DNA of 20,000 nucleotides, from assembly GCA_045837725.1 (NCBI GenBank), contig JBEWZL010000078.1, positions 120,225-140,224 of the forward strand. Direction: 5' to 3'. Shown here one piece after another: positions 1 through 11,922 of this stretch. The notes beneath the pieces were generated by a model that worked only from the letters and a program-made list of their open reading frames with translations, was not told the origin of the DNA and ran no database searches. A program made the translations under genes and the position numbers. The stretch is from Vermamoeba vermiformis. Lineage: Eukaryota. The first letter of the stretch is position 1. Each line of letters starts with the position of its first letter.

Positions 1-1002
1 GTGTTCGTATACTTCCGCAATCACCCGAGGGAGATACAGCCCACGTGACGGTAGATCTCGTGTTGGAGTTGATGCGATTGGCTGCCACAAGGTCCGAGGA
101 TGAATTGGCGCAAAGTCAGATGGAGTTGCCAGTAGTAAGTCAGAATATTGGTTCATGAACGCAGTTGCTGAGCTGTTTTTAGCTGAACGAACATCACGTG
201 CTTGTCCCCGCCAGTCACGTGTTCATTCGTGATCGACACGTGTCACACTTTCAAATCGACACTGCCGTGCAATTTTTGCACTGTGAGGTACGTCATTCTC
301 GTTCACTTGCCTAATTTGGTCCATTAAATCTTTGCAAAGGTATCGCGTGACTTAGGTCTCGCACTGGGCGTGCAGCTCTTCAGTCAAATCATCGAAGAGC
401 GAGTCGTGTCACACGTGACGGTCGAGAGTTCGCAGCGTGTGGCCGACGAATTGCTGCAAAGTCATCGAGAACTGCAGGAGATTGTTGCGCGCCTTCGTTC
501 ACCAATGTTTGCCGATGTTCTGGCGCTAATTCTCCGCGCTCAGAATCCTACGCTGAGCGAGCTGACCATTGCGCATTCAGTGAATCAAATTAAGAAGTTG
601 CGCGTTGTTTATTGTAGCGAAATTTCAACACAGCTCGTAGATCGGCGGAACAATTCTGTGTTGTCCCAGTCACGCGTCAATACCGCAATGTTAGTGCAAC
701 AGGATCAAGTGCGTGGCGACAAAGATTCACTTAGTAACTCTCGCTGACATGTTGTATTAACAGATATATGTGGCGAACAAACCTCGCTTCATTCGCTGGT
801 CAGATCTGCTGGCGCAACAGCTCAACAAATTTTTGAATTTCATGTTGACCGATCTGCTCTCACTGAGCGCAGTTCTGAATTGTGAAGAGAGGTGAGCGAT
901 TTGATTTGCAAACTATACAATCATTTTCATGGGGTACTAATGTCTGTAATTAGGGACATGATCGCGTGTTGTCTTGCCGTTGAGACTTCGAGCCCAAAAT
1001 AG
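1..1002 (+). CDS. 3' part of a spliced gene, sacsin-like repeat-region protein (5'-truncated by the window edge)
   Basis: Exons ~1-134, 183-287, 340-708, 764-891 and 954-1002 join in frame across GT-AG introns. The translation includes ELPVLNEHHVLVPASHVFIRD...QFLHCEVSRDLGLALGVQLFSQIIEE, which resembles the LPxxxxxLxPAxxLxxxD...FxHxxISxxLAxxLGVxxLS segment of sacsin-like proteins. The last exon and stop are uncertain. Confidence 0.55.
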
Positions 1003-1361
1003 CCGTTCAAATCATCGATCGCGGCATGAATTCCTTAATGTGAAGGTGGTTGCTGTGGAGCAAATGAATAACATGATTGATAGTTCATGAAGGGCAGCTG
1101 AGTCGTCGACCGGAACAATTTCTCAGATATCAGATCAACTCATTAAAATCGTCATTTTCTACGATGCGTTGGCCATTGAAACACTCCCTACTATTATGCT
1201 CAGTAATTGTTCCGCAACCACTGTAAAATATGAACAGATCCACACACAACGGAGCAATTTGCGAGGATAAATTTAAATTTACGTGTTTTACGTTGCGGTG
1301 CCTTTATTATCAAATACGATGAAATGACGAACACCGAGCTGAGCTCAAAAAAATATTACAA

Positions 1362-4300
1362 ATGCAATTGATTAGGCTACTGTTTCTAATCACGTTATTA
1401 TCCACCCTTAGTAAGTTCCATTGCGTCGGTCACAGCGCAGCTTATCTTACTCACCGCTAGCTATAGTCAGTGCGCAACAAATTTGCTTCGGATCCAGCCA
1501 ACACATTGTACGGCGACAAAGCTCAGGTAAAACTTTTTAATTCCGGTGCTTTAGGATAATTTAACACTTATCTCGCCACGAACAAATTGGTTCAGGTGTT
1601 ATTCAATTGATAATTGAATAGAATTCGCGCGTGTAAATTAAAAACGACATTTTGCATATTTATTGAAAATAACGCGTTGCTAGAATATTTTCTCAAACTT
1701 CAAGTCGATTTGGAACAGCAATTGCCTGGATATATCGTAGAATATGCAATATCAATCAGCAACACCTCTTTCGCTACAGCGTGGACTTCCCTCAACGAAT
1801 ACCAGCAGATTCACAACGTTACAGTCTATTTCAACTACTCGCTGCCCACCAATGTAGATATTTATGCAGCATTGCGAATTCGTCAGCAAGGCAACGTAAT
1901 TAATTGGAGATACACCTACTCTGAGTCGATCAGAGGTACCTTGTGGTTATTAATTGCTTAGTACTCCGTTGAAACTGCGTTGTTTACTTTCAATAATAAT
2001 ACTAATAATATAATAGTTGGCGACAAATTACCGTCTGACGCACCCTGCGACGAGGTTTGGGCCCCGACGAGCGGATTGATCTCCCCACCCAAGACACCCA
2101 TGCTGCAAGTCTATTTTGACTCTCGCAGCGGCACGGTTACCTTTCAACTCACCGCGCAATATCTGCTCGGGGGCTACACGTGGGTAATTGACTTTCAGCC
2201 GTTCATGAACAACGTGACTGCGGGCCAGTACGGGCTTGGCGTCACTTCGTGTGAAAATCGAGACAGCAGTGCGCTGACAGCACGGAATTTCATTGAATGG
2301 TGGAACTGCGCGCCTGCTGCTAATTACAGCGCTGCTATTAATAGCCCTGAGTACTTGAGTTACTGGCCTGGTCCCAGGTACTGTTGCTGCCACTGGACTT
2401 TGACATTTCTGACACCTGTCACAGCTCACCCTGGACGCTCGAACCAGTCACATGCGGATCAGTGCGCTACACCATGGCCAGTCCCTTTGCTCGCGTGTCA
2501 ACGTGTCAAACAGCGAGTGGCACTCCGGCCGTGTCATACGTCGATTTGACCACTGGTGACGTGTTGTTTTATGGTACGTGACCAATGGCGTGCATTGCCC
2601 TGCTTAATCGCTGCTATTTTTAGGCACACTGTACGTGACGGCTGTGCGACCAATCAGCGTGCTCGATCAGTCACGTGGGTATCAGAGCTATGCGAGTTCT
2701 ATTCCCTTTCAATGGACGTACAATGTCACCAAGCCAGTGACACCTGTCATCAACGCGCCTGTCACTTTGACACCTGTCAACAACAACAATGCGACGAGTG
2801 CGGTAATCATTGCCCCCGAACTCTTGCCCGCGATTGTTATCCCCGCAGTGATTGGTGGTGTCGTGTTGACACTTGGCATTGTGGTCAGTGTTTGACACTT
2901 TGGACACCTCGGACTGTAGTTAATGACTATATTTAGGTGGCTGTCATGGCGCGCCACAAATCAACGCGCGGTGCGGTCAAAAAATTGTTTCACAGAAATA
3001 ATTGTTCCGGGGCTCGTGACCTGAAGAAGAAAGCAGAACCCGTTAGTAACACTAATAGCAGTGGCAATGTGCCAGGTACGTGCTGTCGAGTGCAGTGTCG
3101 GAATATTTGGCGCTAAATATAGTCAGCAGATGTGCCGCAGCCAGTGCTGGAAGCGAGTGTCGCGCCCAATCAGGCAAGTCACGTGACAGTAGTGGCTGAC
3201 AACAACCCTCCCGTCGAGCACCCCGCCGCTGAGCCAGCACCACCCCTCTCTATTCCTAAAATAGCTATCGGCGAGATCTTGGAGATGGTGAATCGAAATC
3301 TCGATTTTGCCGCGCAAACCGCGGGCACGGAGAGCGAGGACGAGATGGACGCGTCAGGCACTCTCGAGCACAGCGAGTCACGTGACATCCATCGCTCTGA
3401 TTCGCCCGTGCAGCACTCCCCCGTGTTCGAAAAAGAATTGATTTCGCAGGACTTGGTGGCACCTGTCAGACACAGTCCGCACCGCTCGACTTTTGCCTCG
3501 CCCGTGAACTCGCCCAAGCTCAAGATCAATCGCACTGGCACTGGCACGTACTTTGCACTAATTCACCGCAATATTTGAACTAATCACGTGACTGCAGAGG
3601 GACTACGATTGAGTTCAGTGAATTCAGCCCAGGGCAGCAGTCTGCGCTCCTCTTCCGACATGTCTGCGCGCCGCGACCAATCCGACAGTCCCAAAAGTGC
3701 AGTGCTGTGGAACTCGCGCAACAATTCACTCGTCAGTTCGCGACAGAATTCCAGGAAACATTTGCCGCGCAAAGACAGTAACGGCAAGTACACGGCGGTA
3801 TATTCGATGCGTTGCTCATGTATTTAATGGACACAGTGCTGCTGAGTGGTGTGAGTGAACAGTTGATCGAAGTCAGTAAGTAACTAAAAATAGCGCCCTC
3901 AGCTGACACATCTAACGCACTGGTTCCAAGAATTCAACGTGTTTGGTCGACCGTTGAGCGAGGTCGTGGACAAGAACAAACAGCTGCCCATCCTGCTCGA
4001 AGAACTCACCGAGGGCCTGCTCAAAGCTGCGGCATCGCTCTCACAGCTCGGTAAGTGTCCCCCTAGTGTACCTCGATAGTGCGCGTATTGATCGAGTCTG
4101 CAGAGCTGCGTCAAGTGTTGTGCAAGTGTTTTGAACGACTCGATGTGGAGGTCCGAGCGATCAAGCGCGACATCAGTCTCTGTACGTGCCACGTGCCTCT
4201 GTGCTGTCAGCTGACTCTTCTTCATTTGCAGGTGACTTCGATCAGTTGAGTGCAAATATTCCCGTCGCCCTCACGCTGCTCGTCGATTACTTTGCAGATT

Positions 4301-6272
4301 TGCCCGCAGCACTGGTGCCACTAGCCACCCTCACGGACATGCTCGAGGCAATGAGTACGTCACGTGCGCTGTTGCTATTTATAGACACTAATTCTTCGTG
4401 CGCAGAACTCGCTGCCGTGCCCGACTTCCAATTCGAGCTGCAGCGCAGTGCATTGCTGTCGCTGCCCTACTCGCACTTCAAAGTGTTGGCGCGCATGAGT
4501 GAGTTCGTGCACCGCCTCACTGCCCTGCTCGCTGACGATGACACGCGTCAATCGGTGTTCTCCAAGGCCTGTTACCGATTCGGACTGTGTTTCATACAGC
4601 AGTACGTATTGATGGATTGCCTTATAAGGACATGTCATCTAACGAGCTATTTTTAGTGCCTCGTGTCTCAAGTCGAGTGCGGTGATTGACGGCAACGAAA
4701 AGATTGCCAAACAAGTTGCCAGCACGTGTCAAGTATTCGAGTACATTGTCACGCACCGCGAGCGACTCTTCAATGTAAGTCCGTGATCTCATTCAGTGAA
4801 TACTGATCGCTCTATTTTTAGCTGCAACTCACTACCGAGCAAACATTCACGCAAAAAGATGAAGCACTCTATTTGGACACGAGCTCGCGCGATGCACTGT
4901 TCAAACTGATGATCAATCCGCATTACAAGGGTACGCTCTATATAGACCGATCGATCTTTGCGCAGTAGACTCATCGCGTGATTTCAGAGCAAGATTTCTT
5001 AGAAGTGCTCGCCTTTGGAGCAGGCTACGTGTTGAGTGCCACCAACTGGTTCACGCAGCTGATTGAGTGCTACAACGCACTCGGCAACACCATCGCTGCA
5101 TTCCAAGTGCCCATCAAACTGCGGTAATATACAGCAACAGGTCGCTCGTTTGAACTAGCAGCTAATTCGACAACAGCATCTTGACTATCTTCGAGGCGTG
5201 GCTGAAGATGAACAAGCGCGAGTTGGTCTCAGAGCGCGAGGCCGTCAAAGTGTTGTGCAAGTTCCTGCAACACGAGACCAACAGCTCGCCGCACGTGCAA
5301 GTCTTGGTCAGCTCGCTCAATGTGCTCATGCTCACGCAGACCAAAGTTGTTCCGCTGCCCTCGAGCTCCGTGCCCCTACTCGTACGTACCACTCGAAGCT
5401 ATTTTTAGCTGTTTGACGACTGACGCGTTCGACAGGTGCCAAATATACGCGAAGACTTCTCGATCTACAATTTTTCGACCAAAGAAGTGGCCCGCGAGCT
5501 GTGTCTGATCGATTGGAGTCTGTTCAAGGAAGTCGATCCGACCGAGTGCAGCCACAAGCGGTTCATGGAGGCACGTACTGGCGGTTATTTCTTCAAAGCC
5601 GCTGAACGATTCAACAACATCAATGCGTGGGTGCAGTACGAGATCCTTCGATTAACAGCTGTCAAAGACCGTGTCACGTTCATGACATTTTTGGCCGAAG
5701 TAGCTTCGGTAAGTAACGCCAATTCAGAGAACAGCTAATTCAGTGAATAACACGTATGCGCAGGAATGTTTGAGTATGAACAACTTCAGCGCTGCACTCG
5801 CGATATTTTGTGCCTTCAATGCAACGCCGATCATGCGACTCAAAGACACGTGGCAGGTAAAAATTCGGTTATTTCCGAATGTGGCGATAGAGCGATCCTG
5901 ACTCCTTATCAGAAATTAAGCCTGCACTCCAAGAAGCAGCTGCGACAGCTCGCGTACGTGTTCTCGATGGATTCGAACTACAAAGTCTATCGCAAGACCC
6001 TCTCACGTGCCACACCGCCCATCGTTCCTTATTTAGGTCTGTACGGCAAGTACTTGTTCTCCATTGAAGAGAACGTCGAGTCCCTGACCGACGATGGCTT
6101 GGTGAATACGGACAAGCTGTACAAATTGTATTATATCGTCAAAGAGATCCGCTCTTATCAACAGATCGGCTATGAATTCAAAAGCAACAACGACCTGAAT
6201 AGATATTTGTTGAACATGGTCACTCTAACTGAACAAGAAGCGTTTGAGCAGTCACTAAAATTAGAGCCCTAA
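1362..6272 (+). CDS. Multi-exon type I membrane protein: signal peptide, extracellular domain, TM helix, Ser-rich linker, degenerate RhoGAP, RasGEF (REM + CDC25)
   Basis: ATG at 1362 gives the signal peptide MQLIRLLFLITLLSTLTIVSAQQ after splicing 1411-1460. TM segment LLPAIVIPAVIGGVVLTLGIV|VAVM is followed by basic ARHKSTR (~2821-2970). RhoGAP-like VFGRPLSEVVDKNKQLPILL...LLVDYFADLPAALVP spans ~3940-4770. REM-like ALFKLMINPHYKEQDFLEV...LRILTIFEAWLK follows. CDC25 hallmarks: FSTKEVARELCLIDWSLF, FNNINAWVQYEIL, MNNFSAALAIF, SNYKVYR, PPIVPYLGLY, SLKLEP-stop at 6272. Confidence 0.88.
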
Positions 6273-6856
6273 TTGTGGCGTTTGTAAAATAAATTCAGGG
6301 TTGCCTCTGTCATGACTCAGAGAAGAACAACAAACACACAAAGCATGGGTGATGTCGTAGTTAATTTCTTCGATCTCAAAAGTGCGTTGGAAATTCAACC
6401 GTACACCATGCCTAATGGCACGTTCAAAGTGACCAATATGTGGTTCAAAGTCCACGTCGCGCGTTCAGACTATGATTGGTTGGAAGCGTCCTGATGAGGA
6501 AAAACAATCCCGAGCCAAACCCAAAATATTGCGATTGATATGAGATACTTCGCAGCACTCGCGGCTGCGACCATTTAAAAGATAAACGTTTCTTTGTTAT
6601 TTTCGTTTGAAACGCTACCGCATTCATCTCAAACATCTGCCGAGCCGTTGCTTAGGTATCGCTAAATTTACTATGTAAGCCGTTCTTGATCAACGAACAG
6701 TGTAGAGGGTAAATAGTGTTAACAACAATAAACGTTTCATAGTAGTGTTATGTTTATGCGAGTGCTCGTCACATAAACTACGCGTGTTTATTCCTTTCTA
6801 AAATGTGTGTTTTGGTTCATGAAACGGTACATTTTTTAGGGATTATTCCCAGACTC

Positions 6857-7420
6857 AGAAAACGTAAATCGGTCTTAACTTACTTTGTAATACTCTTGTT
6901 GACAATTGGCATTCAATAATGTGGTGGTTACGATGTGCTCCAGCGGGTGCAATTGTTGGTTGGCAAAACTGAGCGAAAACGAAGCTCATTGTGCTCCTAT
7001 TCGCCGTTGGTTGGTGCTCAGCGATGCACAGCGGTAAATACCATCGAATTCCGTGCAATTTGTTGTCACAGAGGCATTTAGAAAAAGAACGAAGTGTGTT
7101 GATCTAGTACGTTTTCGACTAAAAATAACGCAACGAAATTCAGAAAACATGCGGAATCGAGGCAACGAAACGTAAATCGTATTCCTCTCCCTTTGTACCG
7201 CACTCAGTAACAATTGCCTTACGTTGACGTGCTGGTCGTGGTGTGTTCTACCGGGCACGTTGTTGATCGGCAAAAACAGAACATAAAACTAAACTCCTTG
7301 TGCTCCTATTTGCCATTGTTTGGTGCTCAACAATGCTCTGTGGTACGTATAATAGAATTTCATGCTATTTGTTGTTTTCGATGCATTAATAAAAAGAACA
7401 AAACGTTTTGATCTGAGGTT
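6857..7420. repeat. Degenerate tandem duplication with ~309-bp period (about two copies, plus a weak third copy toward ~7550)
   Basis: Shared anchors: AAACGTAAATCG at ~6860 and ~7168, TTGTGCTCCTATT at 6989 and 7298, and the later AAAAAGAAC..TTGATCT in both copies. Confidence 0.8.
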
Positions 7421-8070
7421 CGTTACTGGAGTAATAATCCTTCTGGGAACAAAATTCAACGAATTTGCTTTACCAAAACAGAAAAACTTCAGAATACGAA
7501 TACAATATTTAATACCCCTCCCTCACTTGTACACTCGCACAATTGTCTTCATTTACGGTTCACCACAATTATTCTGCTCAACGGTTTCAACTGTAAGTGT
7601 GTTTTTAGCGTTTAACATTCGTAATAATTCATTATATTCACTGCAAGGGCCACAATCTGTATTCCAGCAAAGATATGTAATGCAAAAATTGGAATCTACA
7701 GATACAGCTTCTTAGCTAGAGTGAAATCTTTGCTACAGTTTCATCTAAGCTACAATACATATTTGGTTTGATATTGTCAGGCATGATAGATGTCATTGCT
7801 GTTAACTTATCAACAAGGAGGATCAAAAATATCATCAGCAACTCTGTATGTTTTTGCTTATCAATGCTATTTTGTGCTGGTAGCTATTATCAAATGGAAA
7901 AATAATCCTCAGTGCATTGATATAACCTTCATCCCAGCAAAGACAAGCTATTATTGTAAAATGCAGTTGGTTTATTTTTGTTAGTCAATACAGTTGTGCT
8001 AAATTTTGCTTTATGAAATTAGTGCTCCATTCAAAAATAGCAAAGATGACTTATTTTTGCATTTCTTTGC

Positions 8071-9169
8071 TCATTGGTTGTTATTATTTGTAGTAGGTTC
8101 TTCAACGGAGCTATCTTCTTCTAATTCTGCAATGTCTAGCTTTCTTCTATAACAAATTCAATTTAGGATTTTCTTTCTGAAATAAGATGACATGAGGACT
8201 TACTTTTTTCCACGCTTGGGACTTTTAGCTGCAAAAGAGCGCTTGACTTTGATTGCTTCAGTTGATGTGCTGAAATAATTCTCATAGCCCTAAGAAAAAT
8301 CAATTCCCTGTTACTGTGAGGTGATTACACTAACCTGAGAGATAATTTTATCTATTTCTTCTTTTATCTTAGGAGATTATTAGCTAGTTGTCTTTCAAAT
8401 AATTAAAATCAATTAACTTACAGCTTGAACAGCGTACTGCATTACTTTAGATTGTAATGAAGGCATTTTCATGGCAGTCCAGTTGTGTTCACTCTTAGCA
8501 ATGGTTTGTGCATCGTTTAGTTTTTCTTCAGCAGTCAAAACGGCAGTTGGATGAGAGTGCAAATAATAATGCTTAAGTCCTGGTAGAATGTGATGACGCT
8601 TATACAAAACTTGAAGGGATGTTGAAATGTATTGGGAGCCCTATTATTTAAGTTATTAGTATGATGAATTGTATGGAAAAGAAAACATACGTATCCAATT
8701 GCTTCATTAATGAATTGCGCATTTGTGGCAGATTGAGCTTCTATATTAAATAATTGCGCAACATATACTGCATCAACCTTGACTGCAGGGTCTTTCCACC
8801 ATGCAAGGCTAAGGGTTTCACGAATTTTTTCCTACAATAAATTAGTTTCTACATTAAGGTTTTCCTAAACTTACTTTTTGATCATCAGATAATGCAGAAT
8901 ACTTTGCCTTTTTGTTCACTGCCTTATTGAGTTCTTGTGTAATTGCAATTGATAAATCTGAACTATCTTGATGGATTTTCTCAAATCCGCTTTCAATAGT
9001 AGCTTGTAATTCATCTACCTTTGATTGCAGAATTTCAAGTTTACTTGCTAAACTCTGGAGAGTAACTTCCTAACAAAGCAGTGAATAAATGAAAAAACAG
9101 TAAATTATAGTTGACATGATACAATAGTACCTCGACCTTTTTGGTGCCTTTTGGCTTTTGCTGGCTCAT
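8071..9169 (-). CDS. Spliced hypothetical protein with N-terminal coiled coil, divergently paired with the transposase (probable element ORF2)
   Basis: Seven exons join in frame: MSQQKPKGTKKVE|EVTLQSLASKLEILQSKVDELQATIESGFEKIH...|EKIRETLSLAWWKDP...|GSQYISTSLQVLYKRHH...|IKEEIDKIISQ|GYENYF...KSPKRGK|KRKLDIAELEED...NNNQ-stop. Introns are canonical GT-AG. The basic C-terminal patch is NLS-like. Confidence 0.75.
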
Positions 9170-9312
9170 AATTTGGATAGTAATAAACAGATTGAAAATG
9201 TCAAAACAAAAAGTGGAAACATTTTTGGGTGTCAAATATTTCATTTTTGCTTGTCAAATTTGTTTGGTATTAACGACATAGAAATTTTTCACTTTTTTGT
9301 TTACCTTTTACA

Positions 9313-11922
9313 ATGAGCAAGCAGTGTATAGTATGTGGTGAATTTTATGATGAATGGCCTTCCCACACCAAGAGTTATAAACATTCAAAAGCTAGTGACA
9401 ATGCCAAAGCAATCAAGCAATATCAATTACAGCGATCTAGTAACACTAATGTTAGCACTATTAATATAGTGGAAGAAACAAATAATATTGAAGAAGAAAA
9501 TGAGACCATTGAGCAAATGGAAATTGAACAAGATATAATATTGGAATATTTTCAAGATCCTCTAGAAAATACCCAACCAAAAAAACTCAAATCTAATGTG
9601 GTAGACAAAATACCTACTGCTGTAGTTCCTTTGAATTTTACAGAAAAAATGCTGTTGTGTTTACAACAAGAACACAGTCTTTCTGAAACTTGTTTTAACA
9701 AGTTAATTGATATCTTAAAGCATAAAGACTTGAATCTTGAGGATGTTCCAGCTAATTTCAAAGCTCTTAGAGACAAATTTGAAGAATTCTGTTTTGAAGC
9801 TGAAGAGTATTCATTAACCAAAGAAAATCAATCGGAAATCACAGTTCCAGTCTTTTCAATTAAAGATTATATCTCTTATATCAGAGAAGATCAAGATATT
9901 ATGGATAGTCTCTACCTTAACAGTAAATTTGATGGGAAGAATTTTGACTCAGTGAGAAGTGGCAGTGCATTTATGTCGTTTATAACCAGATACAGAGCTT
10001 CTAAAGCTAAGTGTGCAATTGCATGTAAGTTAATAGTTGAAATAATGTCTATTAACACTTGTTTAGTGGAATACTATTATGATGACACTAATCTCACCAA
10101 AAACCAGTCTTTTGGTGTATTTTATGTGTGTGTCTCTAATTGTCCTGGCAATATCAAACGGAGAATGAATGTGAAATGGCCATTTTGCATTGTTCCAAAA
10201 ACTGAAAAGCAAGCAACAATCACCCAACAAGTAACAGATATTTTAGTCACTCAGTTGCAAGAGTTGCAGGAAGAACTTCAAGGCCAAGTCCATGTTGAAT
10301 TGTTGTTAACAATTGGAGATATTCCAGCCTCAAATGAACTTGTTGGAGTCAAATCTCAATCAGGATTAAAGGGATGTAGAACATGCACAATGGAAAAACC
10401 ATTTTATCCAACAAGTACATTTGCATTGAAGAGAAACAAAGATAGTGCCCAGCAAGTGTATCAATCGTTGGTAGGCCAAACAAAAACAGCTCAACAACAG
10501 ATACTTAAGAAAGGGCACACAAAGCATAAGGTAAGAAGTAAACTTACATGTTAGTTGAATACTTAGTTACTGCTTACAGACACCCCTGCTCAAATTGCCT
10601 TATTATGACCCATTTGCAAGTAGCCCAAATGATATACTCCATAATGAATACTTAGGCAACTTCCTTTTACACTTTGAGCTTACTTTAAAGAAGTGTGACC
10701 ACAAAGACATTTTACTATCTCGCATTGAAAGTTACCCTGTCATTCCAAAGCTGAATACAAATGATAATGCAAGAAGTCGGTGGGTAGCGAAAGAATGGGA
10801 GCAATTAAGCACGTTCATTTTGATAGTGCTCAAAGGATTAGTAGATGAAAACAGCTTGCAGTGTTGGTAAGAATATTATTTTACTGCAATAGATCTGACA
10901 TCTTACTGATTTAGGAAACACCATGTAGCATATTTACATATTCTGAATAAAAGAAGTGCAGATAGCACAGAGCTAAACAGTATGCAGCAAAACTACATGG
11001 ACTGGAGAAAGAAAATGGTGGAACTTTACCCACAAGAGGCTTTTGAACGTCTAAACTTCCATGTTGGGTGCCATTGGCTTGAAGCCATTAAAAGGTAGGT
11101 TTAAATTAGCTTTAGTTCTTTCTTAGTGTAAACATTAGATTTGGTATGCCTCATGAGTTTTCAACTCAACGGTACGAAACCAGACATAAGGATTTGAAGG
11201 CTATGTCAAAAGTAACCAATTATCACAATCTCTGCTTTGATGTTGGTCGTAGATTAATGTTGTCTATGTGTTGCATAAAGAAAATTGGCACTTTGGATGT
11301 AAGTATATACTAGCATATTTACTAGTTAGGCAAAGTTTAGGAGCTGATAGGTTGAAACTAGGAAGTATTAACTCCTGTCAAGGAAGTTACCATCAACTCT
11401 GGGATAGTAGTTGGCTGTTGCACTATCCGGAACAGACAGAAAAAGATAAATATACCTGGCTACATTAAAGTACTTCTTCGCTTGGAAAGTAAGTACCTCA
11501 GTTTTTGTGCCCATTAACTAAATGATGTAGAATCTCTTCCACATGACTTTCTGCAACAGTGCTCACATAAGATCACTCCATTCAAGTCAGCTCTTGTCAG
11601 AGATGAAAATGTTGGAAATGGTGATTTTGTTAAAGTCATTCACGAAAAAACAAGCCATGTTTATGCCAAGATCAAGATGATTTTCCAGATTAAAATTGAT
11701 TCATGCTCACAATTTTTTGTGCACGTCAGAAAGTTTGATATACTCAATCCTTTGCACCCTCTTGATAAACATCTCGAGCTTGAGGCATTAAAGAAGTGTT
11801 ATCAAGGTCTTTGTAGGCTAGAAGATGTGGTGGAGAAGATAAGCATTGTCAAGGATTTCACAAGTGAAACAACATACTTAGTGAATTGCTATGCAAAACG
11901 CAATTTCAAAGAATTATACTAG
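9313..11922 (+). CDS. DDE transposase, CMC (CACTA/EnSpm)/Plavaka-like, ~773 aa, apparently intact
   Basis: Exons 9313-10024, 10067-10530, 10580-10866, 10915-11094, 11139-11298, 11362-11488 and 11531-11922 give one open frame. Motifs: N-terminal CxxC..H..H zinc finger (CIVCGEFYDEWPSHTKSYKH); YYYDDTNL..FGVFYVCVSNCP..KRR; IGDIPASNELVG..GCRTC; PNDILHNEYLG; LNFHVGCHWLEAIKRFGMPHEFSTQRYETRHK; C-terminal GDFVKV..YAKIKMIF beta-rich segment. Confidence 0.85.

Noticed and set aside
2028-5508. Numerous antisense and alternative-frame ORFs over the RasGEF gene
   Set aside because: They are shadows of GC-rich coding exons, and the plus-strand spliced model explains the region.
6855-7984. ORFs within and after the 309-bp duplication
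   Set aside because: Stops differ between the copies and changes follow CpG decay rather than codon constraint. No recognisable motifs.
9313-10554. 413-aa ORF as a complete or truncated transposase
   Set aside because: It reads through a probable 42-nt in-frame intron and stops inside the next intron. The spliced gene continues to 11922.
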